Positions 7,928 to 18,085 are shown, numbered from the stretch's first letter. The stretch is 64,000 nucleotides of DNA from Candidatus Doudnabacteria bacterium (GCA_016218585.1 JACRDK010000025.1:27637-91636); one strand, 5' to 3'. Notes: generated from the sequence alone by a model not told the origin. Translations and numbers: made by a program.

Positions 7928-8689
7928 TTATTTAAAAAATTCTTTGCGAATAGTTTGGACGTGATGAATAAAATCCGCTTCCAGCTCGCGCCTAGGGTAG
8001 GGAAGCTCTATATTATAAATATTTTTTTCTTTTCCCGACTTCATTAACATAATTCTTCCGGCCAAGCTTACTGCCTCTTCTATAGAGTGGGAAACCATAA
8101 CTATTGTCTTTTTTGTTGTTTTCCAAATTTTTATTAAATCTTTATGCAGTTCTTCCGTAGTTCCTGTGTCCAAAGCGGAAAATGGTTCATCGAGCAGCAA
8201 AACTTTTGGACTAACCGCCAGCGCCCTGGCTAAACCCACGCGCTGCCGCTGTCCGCCGGAGAGGTCTCGCGGATATTTGTTTTCGTAATCGGACAATCCA
8301 ACCATTTCAATAAATTTATAAGCTTCTTCTTTCATCCAGGCGTTGCTTACCCCTTTGGCCTTTAACCCCAAGCAGACATTTTCAAAAACATTTAGCCATG
8401 GCAGCAGCGCGCCGCTCTGAAAGACCATCGCCACCTTGTCTGGCTTTACAACTTCCCCGGAAGTTTCTTCTTCCAAGCCGGCAATAATTTTTAAAATGGT
8501 TGATTTCCCGCAGCCGGACGGGCCAACAATGCAAAAAAATTCTCCATCGGCCACTTCAAAATTTAAACCGGCCAAGCTTGGCAGCGGGTTGCCGGAATAA
8601 ATTTTTGCAACATCTTTAAAGCTAATTAAATTTATAGCCTTAACGCTTTCTTCCGCATGCTGTTCAGTTTTCTTTGCTTCAGTTTGCAT
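7928..8689 (-). CDS. ABC transporter ATP-binding protein, NitT/TauT family
   Basis: Walker A GPSGCGKST, signature LSGGQRQR, Walker B LLLDEPFSALD. Confidence 0.92.
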   Translation of the reverse strand: MQTEAKKTEQHAEESVKAINLISFKDVAKIYSGNPLPSLAGLNFEVADGEFFCIVGPSGCGKSTILKIIAGLEEETSGEVVKPDKVAMVFQSGALLPWLNVFENVCLGLKAKGVSNAWMKEEAYKFIEMVGLSDYENKYPRDLSGGQRQRVGLARALAVSPKVLLLDEPFSALDTGTTEELHKDLIKIWKTTKKTIVMVSHSIEEAVSLAGRIMLMKSGKEKNIYNIELPYPRRELEADFIHHVQTIRKEFFK

Positions 8690-8692
8690 ATT

Positions 8693-9544
8693 CTATTCAA
8701 ATTTAAACTTTTCCGAATATTTTAAAAGCTTTTGCCAAACAAAAAAATTCATCAATGCAACAAATACCACCAAGCCGGTTAAGGCCATCAAAAAGTCTCT
8801 CTGATTATTGGAAGCCGAAGTGGCAACCAGCACGCTGCCAATACCAAACAAATCCATGGCCCCGCTGCCGCCGGGAATATAAGTATGTAAAACCTCTGCC
8901 ACAATAATTATGTTCCAGCCGCCGGCCCAAGCCAGCAGCGAACCGGTAACCAAATAAGGAACTACGGCGGGGAGAAGAATTTTATCAATATAATTTATTC
9001 CGGTTAGGCCAAAAACTTTTGCCGCGGACTTAATGTCGGAAGGAATTACCTGCAGGCCGCCAACCATGCTAAAAACAATGCTCCAGGCCATTGTCACCAA
9101 CAATACAAAAATTGCCGCTCCGTTATAAAAGTTATAATGAACAAAAAATAAAATTACTACAGGAAAAAATGCCAAGACCGGCACCGACTGGATTACATCA
9201 AACAGCGGAAATAATATCCTTTCAATCTTTGGGCTGTAGTTTATTAGCAGAGCTAAGGGAATTGCTATTAATAAAGCCAAAACATAAGCTAAAAGCAGCC
9301 TGGCAAAGGTAACAATTAACGCGGAAAAAACATAACCCCAGGTTATGCTTTCTCGCAAAGCAAAGCCTTGCCCGCCAAATTTAGACAGAACTACAAAAAC
9401 TAAAATAAAAGAAAGAATTGGCACTAACACAAAAGAATACAGCCTTTGCCGCAGAGAAACAGCATAGCTTACGCTCATATGCCTGTGGTAGCGATGAATA
9501 TGTTTGTTTTGGTTTGTCATGCAATTTTTATATCCTGCTTTCAT
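8693..9544 (-). CDS. ABC transporter permease, NitT/TauT family
   Basis: TM helices, DVIQSVPVLAFFP, EAA-like loop IPSDIKSAAKVFG, W.....AE. Confidence 0.85.
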   Translation of the reverse strand: MKAGYKNCMTNQNKHIHRYHRHMSVSYAVSLRQRLYSFVLVPILSFILVFVVLSKFGGQGFALRESITWGYVFSALIVTFARLLLAYVLALLIAIPLALLINYSPKIERILFPLFDVIQSVPVLAFFPVVILFFVHYNFYNGAAIFVLLVTMAWSIVFSMVGGLQVIPSDIKSAAKVFGLTGINYIDKILLPAVVPYLVTGSLLAWAGGWNIIIVAEVLHTYIPGGSGAMDLFGIGSVLVATSASNNQRDFLMALTGLVVFVALMNFFVWQKLLKYSEKFKFE

Positions 9545-9568
9545 TATACCACCAAAACATTTAACAAC

Positions 9569-10144
9569 TTATAATTCTTTTTGCAGCCTTCTGTTTAATA
9601 AGTACTGTCCTAAAAAGAAAAGGACAAAAATTGCCAAAAAACCCTCTTGCCCAAAAGCCAAAAATTTATTTATAGCTTCAACGGAAACGCCAAAGGCCAA
9701 GCCTAAACTTAAAATAATTAGCAGCCACAAGGTGGTAGATTTAATAGTGGCCTGCAAAAATTTGCGGAAACCAATTTTTAGCATGCCGCAGCGCATAAGG
9801 ACAGCGCGATGAAAACCATAAACAAATTTAGACACAATTAGCGAGCGAAAAGTTTTATGCAAAAAATGGCTGTCATATTTGCCTACGGTTTTATTTATCC
9901 AGTCGGCAAGGCGTCCGGTTCTCGCCAAAAATAAACCAATGACATAATAAAAAAATTGTTCTAAAAAAGCGCCTAAAGCCAAAATTCCAACAACGCCGCC
10001 GGGATTAAAAAGTCTTTGGCTAATTAGCACCGCCCCCGCTAAAATCGTTATGTTTGCCTCAACAAACATCCCTAAAAATAAAGCCCCATAAACCGCTAGC
10101 TGAGCATGGGGCAAATTTTGAAATAATAAAGGATTTATTTCCAT
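9569..10144 (-). CDS. DedA/VTT family membrane protein
   Basis: VE...I.AG, Y.IG and SKFVYG..R....G pattern. Confidence 0.7.
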   Translation of the reverse strand: MEINPLLFQNLPHAQLAVYGALFLGMFVEANITILAGAVLISQRLFNPGGVVGILALGAFLEQFFYYVIGLFLARTGRLADWINKTVGKYDSHFLHKTFRSLIVSKFVYGFHRAVLMRCGMLKIGFRKFLQATIKSTTLWLLIILSLGLAFGVSVEAINKFLAFGQEGFLAIFVLFFLGQYLLNRRLQKEL

Positions 10145-10145
10145 A

Positions 10146-11666
10146 TTAAAAACTGTGTAAAATTTCTATTTTCGCGCCAAGCGCACTTAGCCGGCTAACT
10201 AAATTTTCATAACCGCGATTTATGGAGTAAACATTGCGCAAAACCGAAGTTCCTTTGGCCGCCAACATTGCAATTAAAATTATTGCCGCGGGCCTTAAAG
10301 CCGGAGGGCAAATTATTTCTGCCGCTTTCAACTCACTCGGACCTTCCACATAAACGCGATGAGGATCTGCCAAAATTATGCTGGCGCGCAATTTATTTAG
10401 TTCCATATAATAAATTGCCCGGTTTTCATAAACCCAATCGTGAATAAGAGTGGTGCCTTTGGCTTGAGTAGCAACAGGCACAAAAAATGGCAGGTTGTCG
10501 ATGTTTAATCCCGGATAGGGTAGGGGATGAATTTTTTCTTCCAGCGCGGTGAGTTCGGAAGGAAGAGTTTTAATGTCTACTAAGTTAGTATGGTTATTAT
10601 AACTCTTATATCGCTTGGTGATCTTATAATTAAAACCCATTTTTTCCAATTTTAAAAGTTCTAGTTCCAAAAAATCAATTGGGCAGCGCTCAATGGTAAT
10701 GGCCGACTTGGTCGTGGCGGCCAGGGACAAAAACAGCATTGCCTCAATAGGATCTTCGCTTAAATGATAAACCGCTCTGGTATTTATTTGTGGCTTGCCG
10801 TGAACAGTTAGTGTGGTGGTACCAATTCCTTCAATTTTCACGCCTAAAACATTTAAAAAGTAACATAAATCCTGCACCATATAATTGGAAGAGGCGAGTT
10901 TAATGGTGGTGACTCCGGGAAGTTTAGCGGCAGCCATCAGGGCATTTTCCGTTACGGTGTCGCCCATTTCATACAACACAACTTCCGCCGGCTTTAAGTT
11001 ATGGGCGGAAACGGAATAATGGTCATGATGGGTTTTTATTCCCATACCCAATTTTTCCAGCGCATACAAATGCGGGCGAACGGTGCGCGCCCCTAATTTG
11101 CAGCCGCCTGCCAAAGGCAGGGTAAAATTATCCAACAAATGAGCCAACGGACCAAGCAGCATTAATACGCTCCTGGTTTTTATAGCTGCCTCTTTGTTTA
11201 TTTTTTTTATATCAATTTTTTTTGGGGGAACAATTTCAACATCTGCCCCCTGCCATTTTACGGAAACGCCCAAGCTAACCAAAACTTCAATCACCCGATG
11301 TACTTCTTCTATTTTAGGTACGCTTTTTAAAATAGTTTTACCGGAATTTAATAGAGAAGCACAAAGCAAAGCCACCGCGGCATTTTTTGAGGTGTTAACA
11401 GCAATATTGCCGGAAAGCTTATGTCCGCCTTCAATCTTAAAATTAACCGATTTATCCGCTAAGGTAATTATTTCCTGATTTAACACGCTGCTGATTTTTG
11501 CCAGCATTTCAGTGGTCATATTTTGCTGGCCTTTTTCCATTCGCGCCACTGCCGACTGGCTGGTTTTTAAGCTGCGAGCAAACTCGCTTCTGGTAAAACC
11601 CTTTAACTCCCTAATTTCTTGAATAAATTTGCCAATTTTTTGGCGATCTTGCAAAGTTGATTTCAT
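10146..11666 (-). CDS. murA: UDP-N-acetylglucosamine 1-carboxyvinyltransferase with an N-terminal XRE HTH
   Basis: SKNA, GGCKLG.R (catalytic Cys) and PYPG..D motifs; the first ~70 aa are a Cro/C1 HTH (SQSAVARMEKG). Confidence 0.9.
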   Translation of the reverse strand: MKSTLQDRQKIGKFIQEIRELKGFTRSEFARSLKTSQSAVARMEKGQQNMTTEMLAKISSVLNQEIITLADKSVNFKIEGGHKLSGNIAVNTSKNAAVALLCASLLNSGKTILKSVPKIEEVHRVIEVLVSLGVSVKWQGADVEIVPPKKIDIKKINKEAAIKTRSVLMLLGPLAHLLDNFTLPLAGGCKLGARTVRPHLYALEKLGMGIKTHHDHYSVSAHNLKPAEVVLYEMGDTVTENALMAAAKLPGVTTIKLASSNYMVQDLCYFLNVLGVKIEGIGTTTLTVHGKPQINTRAVYHLSEDPIEAMLFLSLAATTKSAITIERCPIDFLELELLKLEKMGFNYKITKRYKSYNNHTNLVDIKTLPSELTALEEKIHPLPYPGLNIDNLPFFVPVATQAKGTTLIHDWVYENRAIYYMELNKLRASIILADPHRVYVEGPSELKAAEIICPPALRPAAIILIAMLAAKGTSVLRNVYSINRGYENLVSRLSALGAKIEILHSF

Positions 11667-11805
11667 AAATATATCGTATATGGTATAAGTACTAGTATTT
11701 TACCACTCAAAAAACTCTTAAGTCAAGAAAATTATACCACATATGACAATCCCGCCCTTTCTTTTGAAAGGGCGGGATAAATATTCGCTTATTTTTGCCG
11801 GATTA

Positions 11806-12018
11806 TTAGAAGTGCAATATTTTGGAAAACCACTTATCCATATAGTGAGACTGGAGATTGGTGTAGTAGAGGAACATTAAAGCGGCTAAATATATAACAT
11901 TTAACACCACAACTTTAATTAAATCTCCCTTAATTATTGCATATTCCGCCTCATGGGACAGGGAGTGCACGCCGGTTGGAGAAGAGGAATTTTGATTATG
12001 CTGATGTTTTTTGCTCAT
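11806..12018 (-). CDS. Small hypothetical membrane protein
   Basis: 70-aa ORF with one TM helix, followed by a terminator hairpin at 11750-11779. Confidence 0.65.
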   Translation of the reverse strand: MSKKHQHNQNSSSPTGVHSLSHEAEYAIIKGDLIKVVVLNVIYLAALMFLYYTNLQSHYMDKWFSKILHF

Positions 12019-12123
12019 GGCTAAAATTCGATTATCTAATTTTCAAGTTATTTAATGCTCATATTATAACACTTTCAGCCATTTGAAAGCAACGGCTTAA
12101 CAGTGCTACAATGTCTAAAGCTT

Positions 12124-12594
12124 ATGAATTTCAATTTGTCCATCTTCAACTTAATTTTAATTGTCCTGACGCTTATGGGACTAGGTTATTGCCTGTGGCA
12201 AATAACGTCTCTTAACCGCCTGCGCAAAAGTTTTTTTAAAAGCTCCGACGGCTTAGACTTGGAACAGGTGATATATTCTTTATCTTCCTCCCTGCAAGAC
12301 GGACAAAGGCAGCAACAGGCTCTGGAAAACGCTTTAATTGAATTAAGAGAGAAAACTTCCTTTGCAGTGCAAAAAGTTGGCCTAGTAAGATTCAACCCAT
12401 TTGACGATGGGGGAGGAAATTTTAGTTTCTGCCTTGCTCTATTAGACGAACATAACAGCGGCGTAGTAATTACCAGCATGCACGGACGGCAACAGAACAG
12501 GATTTATACCAAAAAAATTGACGACGGCAAAAGCGATTCTCAGTTAAACGACGAGGAACTCCAGGCCGTAAAAAATGCACATTATAAAAATTAA
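12124..12594 (+). CDS. DUF4446 family protein
   Basis: N-terminal TM, coiled coil, KVGLVRFNPFDD.GG..SF..ALLD...G.V.TS. Confidence 0.85.
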   Translation: MNFNLSIFNLILIVLTLMGLGYCLWQITSLNRLRKSFFKSSDGLDLEQVIYSLSSSLQDGQRQQQALENALIELREKTSFAVQKVGLVRFNPFDDGGGNFSFCLALLDEHNSGVVITSMHGRQQNRIYTKKIDDGKSDSQLNDEELQAVKNAHYKN

Positions 12595-12648
12595 TTTATT
12601 ATTCTACAATTAACCTTAGGCGCAGGAACCTAAAAAAGGAAAATATTT

Positions 12649-13050
12649 ATGGAAAGAACACTGGATGACTCATTAAATGCCCCGTCCGAAACAGTAGTAG
12701 GACCAAGTGTAAAAATCCAGGGGGATTTAAACAGCGAAGGCAACATAAAAATAGAAGGACAAGTGAGCGGAAAAGTTAAAACCAGCCAGAGCGTGTTTGT
12801 AATCCCGGGAGCAAAAATTGCCGCCGATGTTTTGGCCGGAAATGCTGTTATAGGGGGAGAAATCCAGGGTAATTTAAAAATTGCCGGGCATTTGGTTTTG
12901 CAAAGCACGGCAAAAATTTTAGGAGACATTGCCTGTTCTGTCCTTCGCGTAGAAGACGGCGCCCAATTTAGCGGTAAATGCGTAATGGGTGTTAGCGGCA
13001 ACGGCAAAAAGAATGGTTCCAGCCAAGACCCGGAAATAGAGCCGGAATAA
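12649..13050 (+). CDS. Bactofilin (polymer-forming cytoskeletal protein)
   Basis: T.VG....I.GD......I.I.G...G beta-helix repeats, VE.GA.F.G.C.M. Confidence 0.9.
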   Translation: MERTLDDSLNAPSETVVGPSVKIQGDLNSEGNIKIEGQVSGKVKTSQSVFVIPGAKIAADVLAGNAVIGGEIQGNLKIAGHLVLQSTAKILGDIACSVLRVEDGAQFSGKCVMGVSGNGKKNGSSQDPEIEPE

Positions 13051-13054
13051 GCGT

Positions 13055-13162
13055 TTAATTTCAAATTACCAATTTCAAATATTAAACAAGCACTAGCCAC
13101 GATTCTAACTTTGGCATTTTGCTTTTTATTTGGAATTTGGAATTTGATATTTGGAATTTAAA
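13055..13162. repeat. Degenerate 7-nt periodic inverted repeat (CAAATTA/CAATTT vs TTGGAAT)
   Basis: TTTCAAATTACCAATTTCAAAT ... ATTTGGAATTTGGAATTTGATATTTGGAATTT. Confidence 0.7.
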
Positions 13163-13163
13163 A

Positions 13164-14006
13164 TTGTATTACTACATCCTCGATCAAAACGGATTACCCA
13201 TAGAAAAATTTGAAAAGCTGCAAACTGAGCTGCAAGGTTTGTTGGCGGAATTTAAAATTGCCGGGGAAACAGCCCGAGTCACACCGCTCCGCTCGGTTCA
13301 AGATTTAGTAGACACTGCCAGCCAGCGCGGAGCCAAAACTTTGGTTGCTTGCGGCACCGACGACACTTTTAATATGATGCTAGCAGCCCTAAAGGGGAGA
13401 GATTTTACCCTGGCCTATATTCCATTTGAGGAAGATTCTGTGCTGGCCAAAATTTTAGGAGTAGATTCCGTATATTCCGGAGTAAAAACAGTGGCCGGGC
13501 GGCGCATTGAAAAAATAGATCTGGCCAAAATTTATGACAACTATTTTATTAGCTACCTGGAATTCGGAGTTATGTCACACCGCTTAAAAAACACAGGGCT
13601 TTGGCAAAGCTTAAAATTACTTTCTTCCGAGGCCCGCAGCTTTACCATCAGGGTAGACGACTCTTACAACGTTACTATTAACGGCTTAGGGGGGTTGGTT
13701 GCAAACATACGCGCCGCTTCAAGCAAAGACGAAAAAATCGGCAACCCAACCGATGGAAACTTAGACCTGCTAATTTTGGAAAAATTAAATAAACTGCAAA
13801 TTATGACGTATCGCGGCGATATTGCGCAAGGAAGTTTGGAAAAAGTTCCAAATGCCACAGTCATAAAATGCAAAAAAATCCAATTCCTTGAGCCTCGCGG
13901 CTTTAACCTAACAATGCTCGGCCGCGTGGTTGCAAAATTCCCTGCCACAGTAGAAATAATCCCTCAGCGCCTGCGAATGATAGTCGGCAAAAACCGAACT
14001 TTTTAA
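13164..14006 (+). CDS. Diacylglycerol kinase family (YegS-like) protein, degenerate
   Basis: VACGTDDT (GGDGT-like), LAYIP, IDLA and DG.LD motifs. The ORF-track N-terminus 13119-13163 is translated repeat, so the likely start is TTG 13164. Confidence 0.75.
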   Translation: MYYYILDQNGLPIEKFEKLQTELQGLLAEFKIAGETARVTPLRSVQDLVDTASQRGAKTLVACGTDDTFNMMLAALKGRDFTLAYIPFEEDSVLAKILGVDSVYSGVKTVAGRRIEKIDLAKIYDNYFISYLEFGVMSHRLKNTGLWQSLKLLSSEARSFTIRVDDSYNVTINGLGGLVANIRAASSKDEKIGNPTDGNLDLLILEKLNKLQIMTYRGDIAQGSLEKVPNATVIKCKKIQFLEPRGFNLTMLGRVVAKFPATVEIIPQRLRMIVGKNRTF

Positions 14007-14020
14007 AAATCACGGATTAC

Positions 14021-14037
14021 GCCTGCCTGCAGGCAGG
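14021..14037. repeat. Short CCTGC/GCAGG palindrome (family B)
   Basis: GCCTGCCTGCAGGCAGG. Confidence 0.7.
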
Positions 14038-14153
14038 AATAAAAAACAGATAACTCAGGTGGTAAAAAATAACCCGGCAACTGTTTTGGCACTCTCCTTT
14101 GTGCCTAATAGTTACCGGGTTTTACTGCAAGCAACTCAAACCATACACTCAAA

Positions 14154-14762
14154 TTATCTTGGATAGGATTTGAGAAAAACTGTCTCTTTTTTCACCTGCT
14201 CTTGGCCGAACCCACGGGTTTCAACCACTGCTTTTTTAGTCGAGACTAAAGCTACAGTTACGGTCTTTTCACCAATGCCGCTTAGCGGGAGCTCAAAATC
14301 ATGAACAACCGAGCCAACATCCTTATCGGTAACAACAGTGAGCCCAAAAGATTTTCCAGGTCTTTCCCTCGCTCTAAAAACAAAACGACCTTCGTCATCA
14401 GTATGGTAACTAACCTCGAAGCGAGAAGAAGACCCTCTCCAACTTCCACCTCCTCCGGCCGATGTCAAAAAATCGCTACGATCTACTGTGACCGTTGCTA
14501 GCGCAATCAACTTTTCAGGTTCCATTCCCAATCCCTTATGGTACTTGCCTGGCGAACAGATACGCCCGCACCCATCAAGGACAAATAGCTCAAGAGAATC
14601 CTCGGTATAGTTAGGGTGCTGCGTAGAACACTCTGTTACCACATACCATAGGTCTTCATTGTTTAGGCGCTGCACCACTTCCTTAACCTTAACATCCAGA
14701 TACCAAAACTGCCCCTGATGCCTGCGGTCAAGAATCCTTTTAGCCTCTTCTAACTTGGTCAT
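14154..14762 (-). CDS. Hypothetical protein
   Basis: 202-aa ORF with SD GAAGGAG, downstream hairpin 14069-14124 and atypical composition. Confidence 0.7.
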   Translation of the reverse strand: MTKLEEAKRILDRRHQGQFWYLDVKVKEVVQRLNNEDLWYVVTECSTQHPNYTEDSLELFVLDGCGRICSPGKYHKGLGMEPEKLIALATVTVDRSDFLTSAGGGGSWRGSSSRFEVSYHTDDEGRFVFRARERPGKSFGLTVVTDKDVGSVVHDFELPLSGIGEKTVTVALVSTKKAVVETRGFGQEQVKKETVFLKSYPR

Positions 14763-14804
14763 GCTTTCTCCTTCATGTTTAATCTCGCCTGTTGTTGTAG
14801 GAAT

Positions 14805-14993
14805 TTAGAGGAACAACCTCATCATCAGACAGAAAAAATAGATGACAGCAACTGCCGCCAACCAACGCGCAACCCCTTTCAAAGGATCGCCCCTCTGACT
14901 CTCTGAAAATGTAGTGTACCAATCCATAAGATACCCAATCCCTACAATGGATTGGATTAGGATAAAGACTATTACCCAAACCGCAATTTCCAT
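14805..14993 (-). CDS. Small two-TM hypothetical protein
   Basis: 62 aa, strong SD GAGGAGGAG upstream. Confidence 0.65.
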   Translation of the reverse strand: MEIAVWVIVFILIQSIVGIGYLMDWYTTFSESQRGDPLKGVARWLAAVAVIYFFCLMMRLFL

Positions 14994-15066
14994 AACTCCT
15001 CCTCAAATTTCGCGTATTCATACCCAGCCGGGTGTTTTTGTTTTAACAAATAACAATATAATAGAA

Positions 15067-15081
15067 TTGACAAAACGTCAA
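15067..15081. promoter_or_regulatory. Candidate operator TTGAC-N5-GTCAA
   Basis: TTGACAAAACGTCAA in the divergent promoter region; related palindrome TTGACGTAAAAAACGTCAA at 15149-15167. Confidence 0.6.
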
Positions 15082-15171
15082 AAAATATGTCATAAAATGA
15101 TATAAGAAATAGCTTAATTTGCTTATATTTATTATGTTTGTTATACTGTTGACGTAAAAAACGTCAATTTT

Positions 15172-15924
15172 ATGCAAGATGTCAAACAGACTTTAAAAGA
15201 ATACGGATTAGAAGATGCAGAAGCCTCTTTATATCTGGCCGGTTTAAAATTAGGGGAAGCCGGCATGTCAGAATTAGCCAGGGAAGCGCAAATAAAACGC
15301 ACTTCCGCGTATGTGATTTTTCAAAGCTTAGAAAAGAAAGGCTTAATGGGCAGCTTTAAAATGCGCGGCCGTCATAAGTTTGTCGCAACCAGGCCTGATT
15401 TGTTAGTTTCTCAAACAGAAAAAGAACTGCAAGATTTAAAATTAATCTTACCTCAACTAAATAGCCTCACCCAAAAAAAAGATCAACGGCCGCAAATTAC
15501 TTATTACGAAGGAAAGGCCGGATACTTTTTAGCTTCCGAAGAATCACTAAGCACAGCAAACTCCACGGTTTACCATATTGGCTCCATAAGCGAGACGCAT
15601 AAAGTGGTGGGGGAGGATTGGGATTTAAACTATTACATCCCATCTCGCCTAAAGAAGCGCATTCGCTTTAAGGCCCTATATTTTAAATCTCAAATGCCAC
15701 AGAGTTTTTTAAAAAGCAACCATTCAGAACTTCTGCGGGAAGTTCGCTATTTGCCCGAAACTCAGATTTTTGGCACTTCCAAATTAATCTACGGAAACAA
15801 AGTGGCAATTTTTAGCTCCCAAAAAGAATTAATTACTGTTATTATTGAAAGCCCTGACATTGCTGACGGCGAAAGAAAAAATTTTGAATCTTTTTGGCAA
15901 CTAACAGGCCCGTTAAGCGCTTAA
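15172..15924 (+). CDS. TrmB-like wHTH transcriptional regulator (CPR type)
   Basis: GL...EA..YLA.L.LG......LA....I.RTS.Y.....L..KGL, P.I.YYEG..G, IYGNKVAI.S. Confidence 0.85.
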   Translation: MQDVKQTLKEYGLEDAEASLYLAGLKLGEAGMSELAREAQIKRTSAYVIFQSLEKKGLMGSFKMRGRHKFVATRPDLLVSQTEKELQDLKLILPQLNSLTQKKDQRPQITYYEGKAGYFLASEESLSTANSTVYHIGSISETHKVVGEDWDLNYYIPSRLKKRIRFKALYFKSQMPQSFLKSNHSELLREVRYLPETQIFGTSKLIYGNKVAIFSSQKELITVIIESPDIADGERKNFESFWQLTGPLSA

Positions 15925-15980
15925 TCTTTCCCTTGATTTTATTGAAGATTTCTGGTATGGTTAATTAGTTAAACTTATAT

Positions 15981-17906
15981 ATGAACCTCTCTTCACTCTC
16001 CAGCCAACTGAATATGTCCATCCAAGATCTCCGCGTGAAAGCAAAAGAGAAAGGTTTTTTTATTTCCCCAAAAGCAAATAAAGTAGATAACTACGTCGCC
16101 AGAAAACTCTTAGAAGCTTTTGGCGAACCAGTAAAGCCTGTTTCATCCGGCCCGCAGGAAATAAAAAAAATTAAACTTCCGTCTTTTATTAAAGTCCGCG
16201 ATTTTTCAGATATTCTGAAACTCCCTGTTACCACGGTAATAAAAGAGCTTATTAAAAATGGCATTATGGCCACGATTAATGAGGAAGTAGACTTTGACAC
16301 AGCCAGCATTGTGGCTCAAGACTTGGGTTTTGAAGTGGAAGTAGAAGCGGATAAAACCGTAACGGAATTTGGCTTGGGTTTTTTGCAAGATGTTTTAAAA
16401 TCAGAAAAAGAAGAAAACTTAAAACAGCGTCCGCCAATTGTGGCAATTATGGGACACGTTGACCACGGAAAAACCACGCTGCTCGACACAATCCGCAAAA
16501 CTAAAGTGGCCGAGGGCGAAAGCGGCGGCATTACCCAGCACATCGGTGCTTATCAAATTAAGAAAAACGGTAAATTTATTACTTTTCTGGACACTCCGGG
16601 CCACGAAGCTTTTAGCGAAATGCGCGCCAGAGGCGCCAACGTTACGGATATTATTGTTTTGGTGGTTGCGGCAGACGACGGCGTAAGGCCGCAAACCGTG
16701 GAAGTTGTTAACCGCGCCAAGTTTACCAACACGCCGATGATTGTTGCCATAAACAAAGTAGACAAGCCGGATGCCAACATTATGCGCGTAAAGCAGGAAC
16801 TGTCGGGCATTGGCGTACTCACGGAAGAGTGGGGCGGCAAAACTATTGCCGTGGAAATCTCCGCCAAACAAAATAAAGGAATAGATAATCTGTTGGAAAT
16901 GATTTTATTGACTGCCGAAATTGAAAACTTCCGCGCCAATCCGTCGGGCAAAACCATCGGCACAATTATTGAAAGCAAAATTTCTCAGGGAAAGGGAGCC
17001 ACTGCTTCTGTAATAATTCAAAATGGCACGCTTAAAGTTGGCGACATAATCGCCGCCGGAGCTGCTTTCGGGCGCATTCGTTCCTTGGAAGATGAAACCG
17101 GCAAAAAACTTAAAGAGGCCTTGCCGTCTATGCCGGTACAAATTTCCGGCTTTTCCGAAGTGCCAAAAGCCGGCGATATTTTACAAACCACCGCCGACTT
17201 AGATGCTGCCAAACAAATTGCCGTTACCGTACAAAAGAAAAACCAGAGCCACAGAATGGCCAGCAAGCAGGGGATTGTTGGAGACATTGCCAACAAAACT
17301 TTAAACCTGATTATAAAAACCGATGTTGGCGGATCTTTGGAAGCAATCAAGCAATCCATCGCCAAGTTAAAAAATGATGAAGTAAAAATCAACATTTTAA
17401 GCGAAGGCGTAGGCGAAGTAAATGAATCTGATATTTTATTAGGAGCCAACTCTAAAGCCTCAGTTATTGCCTTCCGCACCAAAGTTAACCCCAAAGCAGC
17501 TAATTTAGCCAAGCAGCAAAAAGTTGTAGTAGACAGCTACGAAGTAATTTATGAGCTGCTAGAAGATATTACTTCTGCGGTTATTAAAATGTTTACTCCG
17601 GAACTGGAAAAAATTTCCAACGGCAAAGCTAAAGTTTTAGCAATCTTCCGCACTGAAAAGGGACAAATGATTATTGGCGGAAAAGTGGAAGAAGGAGAGT
17701 TGAAAAAGAACAGCCAAATTATGATTTTGCGTGCCGGCGCCGAACTTGGCCGGGCGGAAATTATGGAACTTCAACAAAGCAAAGTCGGCGCAAAAACTAT
17801 TGGCCGCAACGAAGAATTCGGCATTAAATTAAAAACCCCCATAAAAATTTTAGAAGGGGATGTGTTGGAAAGCTTTGAAGAGAAGATCAAGCAAAAAACA
17901 CTTTAA
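15981..17906 (+). CDS. infB: Translation initiation factor IF-2
   Basis: RPPIVAIMGHVDHGKTTLLD, GGITQHIGAY, DTPGHEAF. Confidence 0.98.
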   Translation: MNLSSLSSQLNMSIQDLRVKAKEKGFFISPKANKVDNYVARKLLEAFGEPVKPVSSGPQEIKKIKLPSFIKVRDFSDILKLPVTTVIKELIKNGIMATINEEVDFDTASIVAQDLGFEVEVEADKTVTEFGLGFLQDVLKSEKEENLKQRPPIVAIMGHVDHGKTTLLDTIRKTKVAEGESGGITQHIGAYQIKKNGKFITFLDTPGHEAFSEMRARGANVTDIIVLVVAADDGVRPQTVEVVNRAKFTNTPMIVAINKVDKPDANIMRVKQELSGIGVLTEEWGGKTIAVEISAKQNKGIDNLLEMILLTAEIENFRANPSGKTIGTIIESKISQGKGATASVIIQNGTLKVGDIIAAGAAFGRIRSLEDETGKKLKEALPSMPVQISGFSEVPKAGDILQTTADLDAAKQIAVTVQKKNQSHRMASKQGIVGDIANKTLNLIIKTDVGGSLEAIKQSIAKLKNDEVKINILSEGVGEVNESDILLGANSKASVIAFRTKVNPKAANLAKQQKVVVDSYEVIYELLEDITSAVIKMFTPELEKISNGKAKVLAIFRTEKGQMIIGGKVEEGELKKNSQIMILRAGAELGRAEIMELQQSKVGAKTIGRNEEFGIKLKTPIKILEGDVLESFEEKIKQKTL

Positions 17907-17981
17907 CCCGATCCGAATCAACGAATACTATGCGAATTATCCGAATAAAACCCCGCGAACACGGGGTTTTATAATGGGCTT

Positions 17982-18007
17982 GCCACGTCGCTCGCGAGCG
18001 ACGTGGC
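17982..18007. repeat. Perfect 26-bp palindrome (family D)
   Basis: GCCACGTCGCTCGCGAGCGACGTGGC; related copy at 25788-25812. Confidence 0.85.
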
Positions 18008-18085
18008 TTGATAAAATGGCAAAAATTGACTATACTATATAGTCATCTTACACTTTGTGTATATTTGAAATTAATTTAAAACTAT

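Noticed and set aside
16091-17512. Several long antisense ORFs over infB (likewise over pyrD, gyrA and PBP1A)
   Set aside because: Shadow frames of well-supported genes with no motifs of their own.
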